Part shown: positions 1-15,069 of the stretch, in pieces
Layout: every line of letters begins with the position of its first letter
How positions within the stretch are numbered: position 1 is the stretch's first letter
DNA from: Octopus sinensis
Taxonomy: Eukaryota
Direction of reading: 5' to 3'
Assembly (NCBI RefSeq): GCF_006345805.1
Contig: NC_042997.1
Location: 94,798,001 to 94,862,000, forward strand
Length of the DNA: 64,000 bases
Position numbers and translations under genes: made by a program
The notes under the pieces: generated by a model
The model's input: only the letters and a program-made list of their open reading frames with translations
The model's database searches: none
Told to the model about the DNA's origin: nothing

Positions 1-3000
1 CTAGTATAATATGTGTAAAATTAAATAATCTGTTACAAGGTAATAGTATTTTTTAAAGCAAGTAAGACTTCTTAGTACTATTCTTTAATCCAATTGCTGG
101 CATTATTCGTAAGTAAATATTTTTCATATTGCCTCATTTAATGTAACTCATCGCTTGGTGACAAATGGCGAATTTCCTCTTTAGACTTTGGAATGTTCCA
201 TTTACAAAACAGAAAAACAGAAAAAACATCCCAAATATTCGACGCATTCAAATTATATGACGCATTTACCATAAACAACCTTGGAAGAATTAATGAAGTG
301 AATAATAATAATAACAAAGAATAATAAATTGAGAATATTCAAGACGTAAGGTAAATACAGGCGTGTAATAATTTAATTAAACAATACTGTAAATGTTGGT
401 TAACTGTTGCTCATTTTAATAATACTAAAACTCTAGAGAGGTTTGTTTGTACGCGAGATATCTCAGAAATAATATATTTTCCTGAATTCTTTTGCTTATT
501 TTCGGCAATGCAGCACAAATTTTTGTGATATTTGAAACTCTGTTTATTAATGAAAACGATTAAACATAATTTTTGCTTGTTATTTCTTGGTGAAAAAAAA
601 AACATAGCTTCCATGACGTTAATACACATACACACATACAGAATACACACATATATAATGAATATCATGGCGTGTCAATCAACACAAACACACATCCGCT
701 ATCTGTGACACACACACTCATAGTCTTCGCGCTCTTTAAGGAAAAAAAAGAACGTCAACATTTTGACGTAGACAATATTTAGAAATATTTTTAGCTGTGT
801 GTGATTTCAAAAATGTAAGTTGTTTGTACAACAGGTATTTATATTTTAGCCTTTTTAAACCATGTTTTACTGTTTTATTGGCAGGGATATACCTCTTCGT
901 TTACTTCCACATTAGAAAATGTGTTATCTTCCTTCTGTAACACCTATATACTTTTCAATTTTTATGCAGGTTTATAAAGTGAGCGTAATTTCTTGTGGAT
1001 ATTTTCGTCTTTTGGTATACTCCTCAAAATTTTGAACAAAATATGTCTTCTGCCTTTCATTGCCTTAAGTCGTTGAACTCAAACCGTCGGAAGTTGGTAC
1101 ATTCTCGAGTGTTAAGCAAATTATAATTCACAGTTTGGCATCATCACTATCTTTTCATCTGGTGAATAGAGAAACACAGACGGACGTAGATATAATCACA
1201 ACTCACACATACATGTACATATATGTGTGTATATGTGTGCATGTATGTGAGTAGCACGCTGTGAAGTTATACATAGCTTTGCAAGATATCGATACACATT
1301 AAAGCTTGCCTGTTGTCAAATATCTCGCCTTTTGTCAAATATCGCTCATTTCTTATAAATGTAAATGAAATGACAACTCTGGATTGTGAAATTCGCTGTT
1401 GAATATTTGTAATAATGGATTATAAAAAAATACACGTATCCAGATTCAATCATCAATGTCATCATAAAAAGTGAGTCTTACTATGTTAAATGATAGGTTT
1501 TCAGAGGCTTTTGATAAAATGATGATCCATTTTGAAGTTATATAATAGGCTCATGAAACTAGACGAGAAGAATAAAATGAATTTATTTGCATTTTCGGGT
1601 AAATATGAAATGTTGCAGCTGAAAATCATATCTAATATTGAAGAGCACTATTTTTTATTGCATTAAAATTTCCCTGCATGATAATATACAGTCAGAATAC
1701 CCAATAAACCTGTTATGTAATATTCATCTAAACAATAGGCTGAAAATCTATAAATGACTTAGTCCGTTAATATATAGGAATACGTAAATTTCTTATATCA
1801 TTTTCTGAAAAATATATTATGTATGACTTTCTCAAGGAAGTACTTAACAGCGAGAGAACTGAATATGATTTTGCGTGATTTTTCTATATTTCTCAAAACA
1901 AAAAATAATAAATTCCGTTACTTCCCGTCAAGCTATTTCTGCACTCTACGTATAAGAGTTTACTATTAATGCATTAAAAAACATATAATTTTAATGCTAG
2001 TGCTGGACTACTATTCATGTTAAAAATTGTTTTGAATGTGAACCAAAATCTTATATGATTACAGAAAATATCATGCTATTTATAAGCAATGCTTACAAAG
2101 CGGGTTATGTGAGTGAGGCATCCAGTAGGACTAAATATAAAAGTTGTCAAAAGACTTAAGAAACTTTAGCAGAAACATCGACGACTAATCATTACTGGAA
2201 AGGAGAATTGTGCTACCGTTTTATGTCTCAAGTAAGCTAACTTGGTGCAGCAAAACTTAAATAACATAAAGAATCGTAGGCAGGCTGATGTCTGATGTAC
2301 TGCAAAGATGTAGGGAAAATGCGGTGTCAATTCACTTGTGTTACTGTAGCCTCTCTATTTGCGTATTCTATTTGAGATAAAAGATTAGTTATTTTCAACG
2401 ATAAACCGAAATCAAAAGCACCAGTTTTATCATCCATCAAATACTTAATATGTGTTTCTGTGCTGTAAATAGATACAGTCTAACAATTAGTGAAGATATT
2501 GTGAAAGAGCTAGAAAGTTTGATTTTACATCAGAATATAAACCATCGCAAAAGGAGCAAACTATACAAAGAAACCAGCTTCACATTTGTGGGAGAATAAT
2601 TTTAAACATTCAAGTAAATAATTCCTGACTAGCATCTGAAGTGTTTGAAGCAGAAGACTATATGATTCAGCAATCGTTACATCTTGGGAATCTTCACGTT
2701 ATCACATTTTTAGTAACTTTAAATTGAATTGAAAGTGAATTTCCGACTTTGATTTACCCTGTTGCATTTGATGACATGAGATCTAATAAGCATATTTGGC
2801 AAACATCTTCGAAATATTAGTAATTAGACTTATGCAATAGGAATTTTTCTGAACAATACCCACATCTTGCTCCACAGAGAATTAAACTTTTAAATGGCTC
2901 AAATTTATAAAGAATGAGACTCATAAACTACTAGCTGAAGGATTAATAGCACAAAGTTGCCAAAGTACTAAAATATTATCGTAGTCAACAAATGTTATTT

Positions 3001-4594
3001 ATGGGCTGTTTATCTTCATTCAGCATTTTATTAGGTATCCTTGTTCCCTTGGAACAGTAATTTGTAACTTTTGAAGCGAATGATAAATTGTCATAATTTT
3101 ACATTTGAAATTGAATTTAAACAGATAATTTACAGAAGTAATGACTTAAAAGGAATAATACATTCCTTTGAATAGTGGTGATATACAGAGAAAATAAAAG
3201 GATCCACAGAAGAAAATGCTTTATTCAATCGTGCCCATGAGTTACAGATCTCATTGAATTCTAATAGATATAAATCTAGTGCGGTTGAATTGAGTTAGTC
3301 ATTTCTTCGTTTAAATTTAAGACAACGTAAAATGCTGCCAGCAACTGATAGAAAATAGAATCGACTTTGATGTTCTATTCTGAAATCTTAAAATGCTTCA
3401 TTGCTATGTTGGATTACATGCGTATTTATCGGTTTTAATATGAATAACAACCGTTGCTGAAATTGCAACAGTTGTGTTTGAGGTTTAACAATATTAATGT
3501 TTTCTAGGGTAGCTTAATATCTTGAAACAATGAATAAAAATTACAGTAACTTTGTTATCCGTTCCAAATCCCAGTTCATTACTCACTTTTAAAAGAGCCG
3601 CATATGCATCATCAAGTTATCCAGACAATTTGCTATTCTTCGCATAAATTTAATGGGTAATGTCTCTCCTTTTGAGTTAGAAAGCTTTGCAATAATCGCT
3701 AAATTGTGTTAAGAGGTAATATTTTTTCTTAATAATAAATTCAAACTTTCCACTGACTAAGAAGCAATACATTTCCTATACGTATTCCGCCCTATGACTA
3801 TGATAAAAAAACATGATCGAGTGTATCACTGAAGTCTACAGTTTTCAGAGTTCTAATATTAAATAAAGTACAAGATAGGCAGAAAGAATTTGTCAGCAAA
3901 TATGTGAAGCTGAATTTTGGTAATTCTCAAAGATTGATGTAATATTAGAGGCATATAGGTACAATCGTATACAGATAGTTCATGTCGCCGTCTTTATGGA
4001 AAACCAACATATGGAGTGAGCATTTAATTCATGGGGTGTAAGCAGAACAGTGATAACCCAGACAATAACAGATCTGTTCATTGTTAATATGTTCTAGTAA
4101 ATTTGAATGTGAATGTCTATTCACTTTGTTCGTTTTCGTCAACGGAGAGCATCTTCTCTCTTCAGGTAATGTTGTTTATCAGGTTCAAAAACCACACCAT
4201 GCACCAACAAATAATTTACTTGCTGATTTCTATAACGAAGAGCATCGGTTCGATGGGTAGTTTTGACTAAAGAGACACACAATTTCAATTTACTCTTGAT
4301 AATTGAAGGATATCTATGATTACACGAACGAATATCTTCAGAAAATCTATTTAAAACGCTAAAATTAAAAAATGCGAAAGATCATGTATGATTCCTTTAT
4401 ACACAGTTGATATCTACCGGTATTGAAATGTATGGCCTTATCGATGATTGACCAAGACAATTTATAATTGATATTTTGTAATTTTAGATTGTGTATATAG
4501 CTGGCTAACGCCGTAGCGTTTCTATCTTTTAACTCATTAAAGGAATTTAGGAATTTACGTGTATTCTATAACGTTTCGCATTTCCTATATGGAT

Positions 4595-4856
4595 GGAAAA
4601 CAGTCAAGGTAGAAAATGCTAAAATAATTTTATAAGAAGCATTTCAGTACCGGTTTCGGTCATTGAGAATTTTTCAACTATAAGAATGGAAAAAAATTAA
4701 ATTTTGTAAAAATTAAATGAAAAGTATTTTAAAAGAATATGTTCATAGTATTCAAATACAAGGGGCATTTTCTTGTTTCTTGGCCAAGAATTCATAACCT
4801 GTACTGGAACGTTATTTTTATAAAATTATTTTAGCATTTCCTACCTTGAATATTTT
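4595..4856. mobile_element. Short fold-back remnant, probably a Penelope-like pLTR with a decayed hammerhead on the minus strand
   Basis: ~50-bp inverted arms (tcaaggtagaaaatgctaaaataattttataa.. at ~4604-4655 vs reverse complement at ~4797-4849). Minus strand ~4645-4680 reads ttgaaaa-attctcaatgacc-GAAA-ccgg-TA-ctg, a degenerate HHR core. Abuts (TA)n. Confidence 0.45.
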
Positions 4857-5238
4857 ATATATATATATATATATATATCAACTCGTGTGTTCCTTTTCAA
4901 CATTTTTCTGTAAGTTTCCCTGTGGTTTACAGTTTTCGTAATTGTACAGTTTGTATATGTTGACAGGGTTTTACCTCCTTGATTTTTATCGCGCATTTAA
5001 TTGTGTTGTGGCAATAAAATGTATGTTTACATGTATGAGTTTTCAGGGAGAAAATGATAGGTAAAATTTTAACAGAAAACTGTAGACATATACTCAGGGA
5101 GAAAGAAAGACGTGGGTATTAGAGTTTTCATAGATGATCATTTCTATCTTCCAAAACTGTTTATATGTAAGCTTCTGAATTTATTTTGAAGGAAATATAA
5201 AATATTATTTTTATTGTTGTTGTTGTTATTATTATTAT

Positions 5239-5604
5239 TCAGTAGTTTTATTTTTATAGCGTGCTTTCACTTCACTACCGAGCGCAGCTCTGTGTGCCTT
5301 AGGTATGTGCTGTGATTTGTTGTGACGCTCTGATGGTTATTGTATGGAAAGTGTTCTGCGTAGGATGTGTGCAGTGCCTAGTACTGCAATTTTCTGTATG
5401 TTATATGTGTTTGTAAGTCCTGGTGTTTTTGTTATGTATTTGTCTGAATATTTTTTTATCATGCCTAATGCACCTACTATGATAGGAATTGTTTCTGTTT
5501 TTAGATTCCACATTCTAGTTACCTCTATTTCCAGGTCTTTGTATTTTGAAAGTTTTTCCATTTCTTTTAGAGAAACGTTGTCATCTGCCGGTATTGATAC
5601 ATCA

Positions 5605-5605
<1 letters not shown>
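5239..5605 (-). mobile_element. 5'-truncated Dong/R4-like non-LTR retrotransposon 3' end (restriction-like endonuclease C-terminus + 3' UTR)
   Basis: Translation IDVSIPADDNVSLKEMEKLSKYKDLEIEVTRMWNLKTETIPIIVGALG..KIAVLGTAHILRRTL is typical of RLE-clade LINE C-termini. Flanked on both sides by (TAA)n-type tracts (5210-5238, 5604-5700). Confidence 0.85.
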
Positions 5606-5644
<39 letters not shown>

Positions 5645-5655
5645 TATTATTATTA

Positions 5656-5688
<33 letters not shown>

Positions 5689-5711
5689 CATTATTATTAT
5701 ATAATTTTATC

Positions 5712-5747
<36 letters not shown>

Positions 5748-6601
5748 AGATGTACTCGCATAGCAAATGATTTGATCTGAGATCGTGTGCTGAAACGAAA
5801 ACAATTGCACCGTAGAAGGTGTTTGTAAGCCACCTTCCACGCTGCAATTGTTTATATATATATATATATTTACAAGTATAAGAGATACAGAAAAGAGGTT
5901 CAAATCAAGCGGACTACGATTGATACATATACAGATTTAATTATGGTAGATTTGTCCAATATGGAAGCTATATTAATACATTCGGAATATAATAATATAA
6001 AGATATAAAAATATATGGATGCTAAAAATATGCATGGACAAATAAATATATAGATATATAAAAATAATAGAGTATAGATAAAAACACATTTCTTTTAAAA
6101 ACACAGGGAGTAAATTGATGTTTAAAAAGATTTTTGGTACCATGTTTAACGGAAATAAAGTATTCCGACGATCGTTCCTAGAGTACATTCAAAGATTAGA
6201 TCTAAATCTTACGATTCAGCAGGGATAAAGAAAAGAAAAGTGTTTGCGCTAGAAATGTATTAAATGATTTTGTAGGTATTTATTAATTTATGTTTTATAT
6301 AAGTCATATGAATTACGGAAATTATTAAGAGGGCTGAAGGGCTTTTTTAGATTTTTAAATTGTAACCTAGTGGCGATAAATTGTTGTACAATAGAAAATA
6401 ATACTATGTGGGTTCAAATTCAAATTTATTCTTGAAACTTGAATAATATGATTACACGAATGAATAGTTTCAGAAAATCTATTTGAAACAGTGAAATAAT
6501 ATATGCGAAGGATCATGTACGATTTCTTTATACACAGTCTATATCTGTCGGTTATGGTATTGTATGTTGGGGGCCTCATCGATGATTGACCAAGACAGTT
6601 T

Positions 6602-8845
6602 AACATACATCCTCGTGGAGAAAACATACAAATTTATGGAACAGAACAATATTTTGCCCTCTGAAAAAAAAGGGTGCCAACGAGGGTCATATGGATGCAA
6701 AGACCAACTCTAAATCAATCGCATGATCCTTGACCACTGTCATAACAAACACAGAAATCTCAGTTCTGCATAGATTGATTATAAAAAAGGTATACCGCGT
6801 TCATGGATCTTGAAATCGTTGGATATCTTCAAAGTTTTTCCAGTGATTTCCTGAAGCACAACATGTCAATGTGGAATACGAATCTCCAATTATACCACTC
6901 TAATGGAGTACTGACCACAAAAACATTAATATCAACTGCGGCATTTTCCAAGGTGATCCATTTTCACATTCAATTTTCTGCATAGCCCTAATATCACTTA
7001 CGAGTGAAGTTAACTAATCGGGGTATGGATATAAAATTAGTGACAAGTCATCTATTTTAAATGGATGGTTTAAAACTCTATGGCAAAGACGATAATGAAT
7101 TTGAAGTACTACTACGTACTGCGGAATCATTCAGTCATGACATTAGGGTGGTATTTGGTCTTGATAAACGCACCAAGGCCACTTTGCAAAAAAGGAAACT
7201 GAATTCAGTGGTGTCGGATGTTGAAACAATCATAAGAGAATTCAAGCAGGAACAAACTTACAAATACCTCGGAATAAATGAAGGCTCTGGTATTCAGCAT
7301 GCAAGTATGACAGAGAAGATCAGGAAGAAGTGTTACAGGAGAGTTCGAGCAGTGCTATAATCCGAGTGAAATGTACGTAACAAGGTGTTAGCTATTAATT
7401 CCTTAGCAGTTTCGACTGTTAGTTACAGTTTCAATGTGCCGAATTTGATTATGATTGAAATAAGGAAGATTTACAGGAAAATCCGTAAGCTGCTGATTTC
7501 CAATAAGATGTACCACTCAAAGGCAAACGCAGATCGCTTTTACCTACCCAGATCTCAAGGAAATCGAGGCTTGATCCAATTTGAAATCTACAAAACCATC
7601 ACAATTGGACTTGCAAAATATCTTGAAACATCTAACGGTTGGATGCTAAAACTCGTTAAAAACCATGAAAGACTGAAGAAGATTGATTCTGTTATGAAGG
7701 AGAGCAATATATTTTCAAGTAAGTTTATGCATAATACCAGACTGAACGGGATGATGGAAGTGTAGCAACTGTAGTTGCAAAGAAGGTGAAATCACCAGCA
7801 AAGCAAAATGCGTTTGAATAATTGGCTGATAGGTGGGAACAAAAACCTCTGCATGGCAAAATGTGGCTCGCAGTAAAGAAGCAGATGTAGACAAGAATCA
7901 TACCCATCAGTGGCTACGAAACTCAGGGTTAAAGGCAGAGAGGGAAAGATTTATCTTGGCTGCCCAAGATCAAAGCTTATCGACCTGAAACTACGAAGCC
8001 AATGTGATGAAAAGTGGTGTAGACCCAAAGTGCCGATATTGCAACGATGTTATAGAAACAGTGGACCACCTAATCTCTGGATGTCAGGTTTTAGCACCTA
8101 TAGAATACAATTCAAGACATCACAGTGTTGTCCAACATCTGCATTGATAATGTGTCGGCATTATAAAATCAAAACTGCTGAGAAATAGTACAACACCGCC
8201 CTGAGGCTGGAACTGAGGAAGAAAATGTAACTATTCTTTGAGATTTCCCAGTATATACAGATCAGATCATCAAAACAAATAAACCAGATTTTGTTGTGAA
8301 ATAGCAACACAATAAAATCTGTTTATTGATTGGCATGAACATACCCTGTGGCCATATCTCGGCAAAAGAGTTTCATAAGCTAAGAAAATATAAAGATCTG
8401 CTAATCGAAATCGAAAAGATGCGGCATCTCAAGACGGTTACAATACCTGTGATTGTATGAGCACTTGTAATTGTAAGAGCACTTCTAAGACCCAAAAGGG
8501 AACTGAAAATTATTTAAGAATGATCCCTGGCTCACCATCCATGCAGGGACTGCAAAACATTATCTAAACTGGTACATCACACGTATTGAGAAGAGCATTG
8601 TGGCTATGATTTTTTTCCTTTTCCCCCTTTATTTTATTTATTTACTTTTTATTTTTTACTATTTCTTTTTTCTCTTTGTGTTCCCCTTTTTCTCTATCAC
8701 ATGACTTTGTAAATGAACAATCTGGTGTGTTTATATTAAGGGCTTACCGATGTATAGAGTACATTTCTCTGTCCAAGGTATCAGGGACACACTCGGCAAG
8801 AAATGGAATCAGAAATGAAAGAACATGCTAATGAAAATAATAATA
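6602..8845 (+). mobile_element. Degenerate Dong/R4-like LINE (RT, CCHC finger, RLE endonuclease), 5'-truncated, many stops and frameshifts
   Basis: Fragments EQNNILPSEKKGCQRGSYGCKDQL, IDYKK, GIFQGD, MDGLKLYGKD (YMDD-like), YKYLGI, LAINSLAV, CRYCNDVIETVDHLISGC, KPDFVV, KLRKYKDLLIEIEKM..TIPVIV. Stop near 8609, T-rich UTR and short TAA tail. Confidence 0.9.
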
Positions 8846-9312
8846 AAATGATCATAATATCAGTAGCCAGAATGCACTTAAAAACCATAGAGGTAAAAAT
8901 TAATATAAATTCATTATGATATATAAAAATATTTAATCATAATAAAGAGTACTCTAATTATTGTATTTCACTACGGAAGTGTTTGATCGAAAAACACATG
9001 GTGAGATGGGCGAGTGATTAATCTCGTGTATATATGTGTGAATGTATGTATATATATATGTAAGTATATGTATATATATGCATATGTATGCATATGTATT
9101 CACGTATATATATTAATACGGTGAATCGTTCGATATAGAATTATCCCATTATACATTAGAGGTACGCTAAATTTATTTTGATCATTTCCTCCTATTCTTC
9201 TGTGCAAAGTAGGGAATCATGTGGCTTATAATCGTTTTGATTTCTATTTATAGTATGCTGGTACTTATCCCAAGTAACATTCATTATGATTATATATTTT
9301 TATACATATATG

Positions 9313-9464
<152 letters not shown>

Positions 9465-9469
9465 TGTAT

Positions 9470-9772
9470 AATGATAACGGACTCTCCCGCCGTTAGACGA
9501 CGTATGACGGTTCGATAGTTCGTTGCCGACGAACCGTACACATAATTTGTATATAGTGATCAAATGTTCGTATACACATAGGCTCACACCCTCCATCAGA
9601 TCGACATTACCTGTACAGTTGCAACGGATACCACATGTGAGATGACGAAATGATGACGCAGAACAACGTGAAATGAAGTATTTTGCAACACAACTCCCTG
9701 TCTGAGAATCGAAACCACGATCTCGTAATCATGAGTGCGACACCAATAAATCAATAAACGATGCGCCTTCAC
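9470..9772 (-). mobile_element. tRNA-derived SINE (degenerate)
   Basis: Minus strand gtgaaggcgcat..ggtttcgattctcagac (B-box-like) and body aaaatacttcatttcacgttg, shared with the 50995-51238 copy. Confidence 0.7.
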
Positions 9773-9860
9773 AGTGTTTATATATATATATATTCATACA
9801 CACATACACACATACACAAATAAACAAACTTCCACACATATATATTTGCTCCTTGCGTTA

Positions 9861-9933
<73 letters not shown>

Positions 9934-11108
9934 TGGGTGTGTATGTGTATGTGTGTGTGTGTATATAGACATACATGATATATATATGAACGTAATTAAG
10001 GATGAGAATTGAGTATTTTTGACGGTGATAATTCATTCAAAAACTCTGGGATATCAATAGACTATATGTATATTTATGGAAGTGATTTCACTGAGTTACA
10101 TCATCGACCTATTATAAACATATAGAAATCTTTTGGACCTAGTCATATTCTCAACCAGTTGTTAGTATTCGATATAATTAGAAATGCATCTAAGTGGTGC
10201 TTCTACGTAGGAAGTTTATCAAATGGCGATGTTTGCGTAGGTTGAAATAATTACTCGACGCTTAACGTGCATGTTAAATAATTTCAAATGCTTGGGTAAA
10301 AGGGTTCATGTTAATAAAGATAAATGCACTTAGTTATATTACTAGACAAAAGTGTTTAATCTGTTAAAAGCTTGGGTTTCATACTAAACGAAAATCAATA
10401 TCGAAATTCATAATTATCCGGAAATACAATGAGAGGGCGTACTGATCTGCATAGTGTTGTATGTTGAAGGCTTTTACATGGTTTTATACTGCAGTTTAAA
10501 TAAGCTTTTGTTCGTGTAAACTTTGTAATATTTCAAATGAAGTCAAAGTTAATTGAAATTTAGCAACGTTTCATCAAAATTGATCGATACCGAAATCCAA
10601 ATGGAATGCTAATCAGAATAGCTACAAAACAAGCCTACAGCATCAATACCTAACTTGTAATTGTAAAAAAGCCGATTTCACATGTTTAAGAAAAAAATGC
10701 CTCTTTGAGATTTTTGATAGAATGTTGGACTTGGTTACTGATTATATTTAACAGCTGGTTTATAAACTGAGGCTAGCATGAATCGTTACCAAACTAGGAT
10801 GGTAATTAACACTTACTCCAATGAAATTTTTTCTTCGATAGATCTCGTATGTATCTAACTTTTAAATCAAACCAAATGGTTCCTACTACATGATAACTGT
10901 TCCAGGAATCAAGACAACTTCCTTGCCAGAATTAGTCCAATTATTTCTTATAAGCAATAATCGTCATTCATTTCGTATGTACAGTATGTAGGTACGTATA
11001 TATGTACATTCATAATACACACACATGTATATACACACACACACACACATATATATATATACACACACATTGATAATACACACATATATATATCTTTATC
11101 TATCTATC

Positions 11109-11152
<44 letters not shown>

Positions 11153-14100
11153 GACACCTTCACACATACGCACGCGCACCCCCCACACACACATATAACA
11201 TCAAAAGAAGATTTTAAAAATCTATGGAATTCTTGCTAACCTCAATGTTAACATTGCAACAAAAAACGTGCATTCATTCTAAATATTCTTTCGGAAATAA
11301 CTCGGAGCTGAACGAACGTTTCCATATTCTTTTCAAACAATACACTACATGCTATGATATTCTTCATCAACTCTTCCTCCCACCTAAATTCATTATGTAT
11401 ATACTTTGTGTCATCGCCTCTGATATATCATGTTATTTTCATATATGTTATATCTATTCTAGATCCGACGTACCCAACTCACCGGATTTAACATGGGATT
11501 CTCTAATATTTTTTTTTCATTTTATAAGTTTCAAACATTGAATTAAGCTTATATTAGAGAATCACTATCAACTATAACGGTCTCAGTACTTGTGGGGAAA
11601 CAGAGGTTTTATTAGAATACACTTTCCGAATGCGGGGTTTTGCGAGATCGAGCTCAGTAGCAGCATTAACGACGAAACAAGATGGCATTATTACTGTAGA
11701 ATATATAATCCATAGATAAATTTTAAAATGGACAAGTGAGGTGCATTAAAACATTGATTCATATAGGAATTTATATAAGAAATACTGGAAATTTGATGAG
11801 ACCGGTGATTATACGGTTTCCATTTTGTACTAAAAAAAAAACTTGAATAATATAAAAATGATTCACATTTGTTGAAATACTTCGTTGAGAATTTTATTTT
11901 AAATATTACTTTGAATATGTATATATAAAGATTCTTGTTTCAATATATCTGCCAGTATTTGCTCTAACTTATGGTAACAATCAACAGACCATTTCATTTA
12001 CAAGAAATTATACACGTAGAAACTTATCGATTAATGACTATAGAAACAATTTCTCTGGAAACAGATATTGGCTGCTAACCTACACAAATGAAGTCTTTCT
12101 CCTCTTCTAGCTCTCTGTTTCTCTGTCTCACTTATACTCTATCTCTTATACACTTACTCCTCTCTTTTTATGTTAAAGAAAAGTTATGTAAGGCCAAACA
12201 TTCGTTACTGATGCACAATGAATGAATAGCAGTAGTTTTCAACTAGTTCAGTAATTCTTGTAGAAGCTTTTATTACTACCGCACCTGAATAATTTAATTG
12301 TACATCCTAGATGTAAGTAAAATTATCATATATAACCATTTCATGTTTCTTCTATATAAATATCCCACAAGTCCGGCATACCTCATTCCAAGCAACATCT
12401 TCAGAGTGGCAATCGAGTACCTTGTCTAAGAATCCCCCATAAACATACTACGATCTCATGTACTGGCATTTTCTCTCTCACAATCTCTCCCCTTCTATCA
12501 GTGCATCATGCCACAAATTATAACTTAAGCATTTGTGACCAGAAACTAATTTGAACGGCTCTATTTCCAACCACTATTTAATAGAATTATTCCACCTAAA
12601 TGTATTTCCTATGAAAGCATTTTTTCGTCTTATATGAACATAGAAGCATTCAAAATGAGCACCAGTTCCCGCTGATGTCATCAATCAGTGGATATATGTA
12701 AACTATATTACCATTCACTTTTCAACTCAAGCAGAATATGCAACGAATACAACGTTTAGCATCTTGAAATTTTACATCGATCAAAGTTCCGGTTAGATTC
12801 TTTCGAAATTGATGAAACGCCAGAATTACTAAACGTAGGTGAAACAAAAGAATGTAGTATTAAGATCATTTGATGTTTCATGCATTAATAAAGTTGTCCA
12901 TGATCAAAATATTAAAATTTTCTGTAAATCATTCCGTGAGCTAGAAGGCGGCGATATTTTTCTGGAATAATGCACATGGCATCGATTATCGATACACGGA
13001 TACTCAATCAAATGGATCTTCAGCAACTTGACCAGTACAATAACACTGGAACGGGATAGCGATGAGAGTCTACATGATTTTACGAAATAACAGTTGATTT
13101 ATACTTAATTCAATCTCTTCATATTATATCCCTTGACGTGCAATACGTAAAAATATCGGATACTCAAAATGAAATACTGTCGAATCCTCTTTCACATTCT
13201 TTACCATTGATGCTAACATTATAATTATTTCCCCTCTCTCAAACGTCGTGCTAAAACGATAACTTTGTGTACGAACGTAAGTACTGGTGGATTGTATTTG
13301 TAGCTATACAGCTTTATCATACTGCTCTGCGAAGAAAATAATATAAGAAGAGCTATGATGGATAGAATAGATAGAAAAAATCTTTATAATAGTTTGACTT
13401 TGAGTATTATAGTAACTGGTTCCGCCACAAAACACCACGATAGGATGATGACGCAATAACGATTGAATATTACACAGGTCAACAACGATTTTATAGTAAT
13501 ATCGAGTAATATTGACAAACGAGGGGTATTTCACGCAACTAGAAACCTCCTTTCACCTATACAACAAGATACTAATGACTTAATATTAAATGTTTACTCG
13601 GTCATTCAACAAGATATATGGAATTCAGAATTCACAATGATGCTATTGGTTTTAGTTTTCCATTATATCCAAGGTAATAATTTCTATTAAGCTTCAGAAC
13701 GCTTTGTCTATTTATTTCATAAATGTATTGTCACTTCATGCATCTGTTAAGAGTAATCGAAAGACAGGCACATGCACAAAAGTTCACACTCATCGATATA
13801 CATATAAACACACACATGCACACACACACACGCGCATGCACGCACACGCGCTCACGTGGACCGAAAGAGGGTAGAAAAAGGCAAACCATGATATACCTTC
13901 AGAATCATTCATACATATATATTTTTATCTTTGCGAGAGTTACATGTATGTGTGTGACTAACGTACACCTGCTGTTTTGATACAGAGCATCAAAGAGAAA
14001 GGGAAAGAGAAACAATTACTCTGAACTTCTTCAATTCAAATGAATGGTTAAAATTTAACACTGATAGTGAAATTCCTATTTAATAGACGGAATAAGTGGA

Positions 14101-14689
14101 ACACGTATGTGTCTGGATGTCTTTCTCACACAGACAGCTATTTTCAACTTATCTTATCTTTCTACATAATTGTATACACCCAACCAGTGCTTGTCTGCAC
14201 ACACACTCTCGCTAGCACATACACCCACCCACACTCACTCGTATATACAGTAGAAATGTCTGTGGGTGCGTATACATTAAAATCGGTCAGCACGTATACA
14301 TATTTCTAAGTATTCTATTGTGCATATGAATGCATAGATTCATGCATAAGGATAAGTGTGTCAGTTTGCTTTTTCGCTTATGTACATATAAACTTATGTA
14401 TGTATGTATGTATGTATGTATGTATGTATGTATGTATGTATGTGTGTGTGTATGTATGTATGTATGCATGTATGTATATACGTATACGTGAGAGTGCGTT
14501 TATATATTAATATATACTATATACATATATATTTATATGTGTATATATATATGTATGTGTATATATATATGTATGTATGTATATATATATATATATATAC
14601 ACTCACGCAAACACAGACACACTGATCTCTGTCTCTCTCTTTACACACAAACACACACACACACACAAACATATATATATAATATATAT

Positions 14690-14743
<54 letters not shown>

Positions 14744-14912
14744 TGCTTTACTTTTCATTGTGAACCATTTATGAAGACGACATACTTTACAGAGGAAAAC
14801 ATCCTGAAACGACATAAAGTATACATTGAATCGTTATCTTTTCTCCCCTGTGTAACTATTAAATATTTACAATTTCTTCTTTTTTAGACTGTGTAGGCAA
14901 TTACGTGCTGGT

Positions 14913-15069
14913 TTATTCATCAGTAGCTGTTACCATTTTACTTCTTTCATTCTGTTGTTGACCGACTCTAATTCTTCTTGTGTTATTGATGATAACTTCA
15001 GTCTTGCGATCTTTGTCGTAGTAGACTTGGTGTCTTGCTACTCTCAGTTGAGAGGAGTTGGTAAGATAC
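14913..15069 (-). CDS. Candidate terminal coding exon of an unidentified gene
   Basis: Acceptor ttgttttcaaAG. Single open frame YLTNSSQLRVARHQVYYDKDRKTEVIINNTRRIRVGQQQNERSKMVTATDE*. Phase 2 matches the donor at 21733. No recognised homology. Confidence 0.25.
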
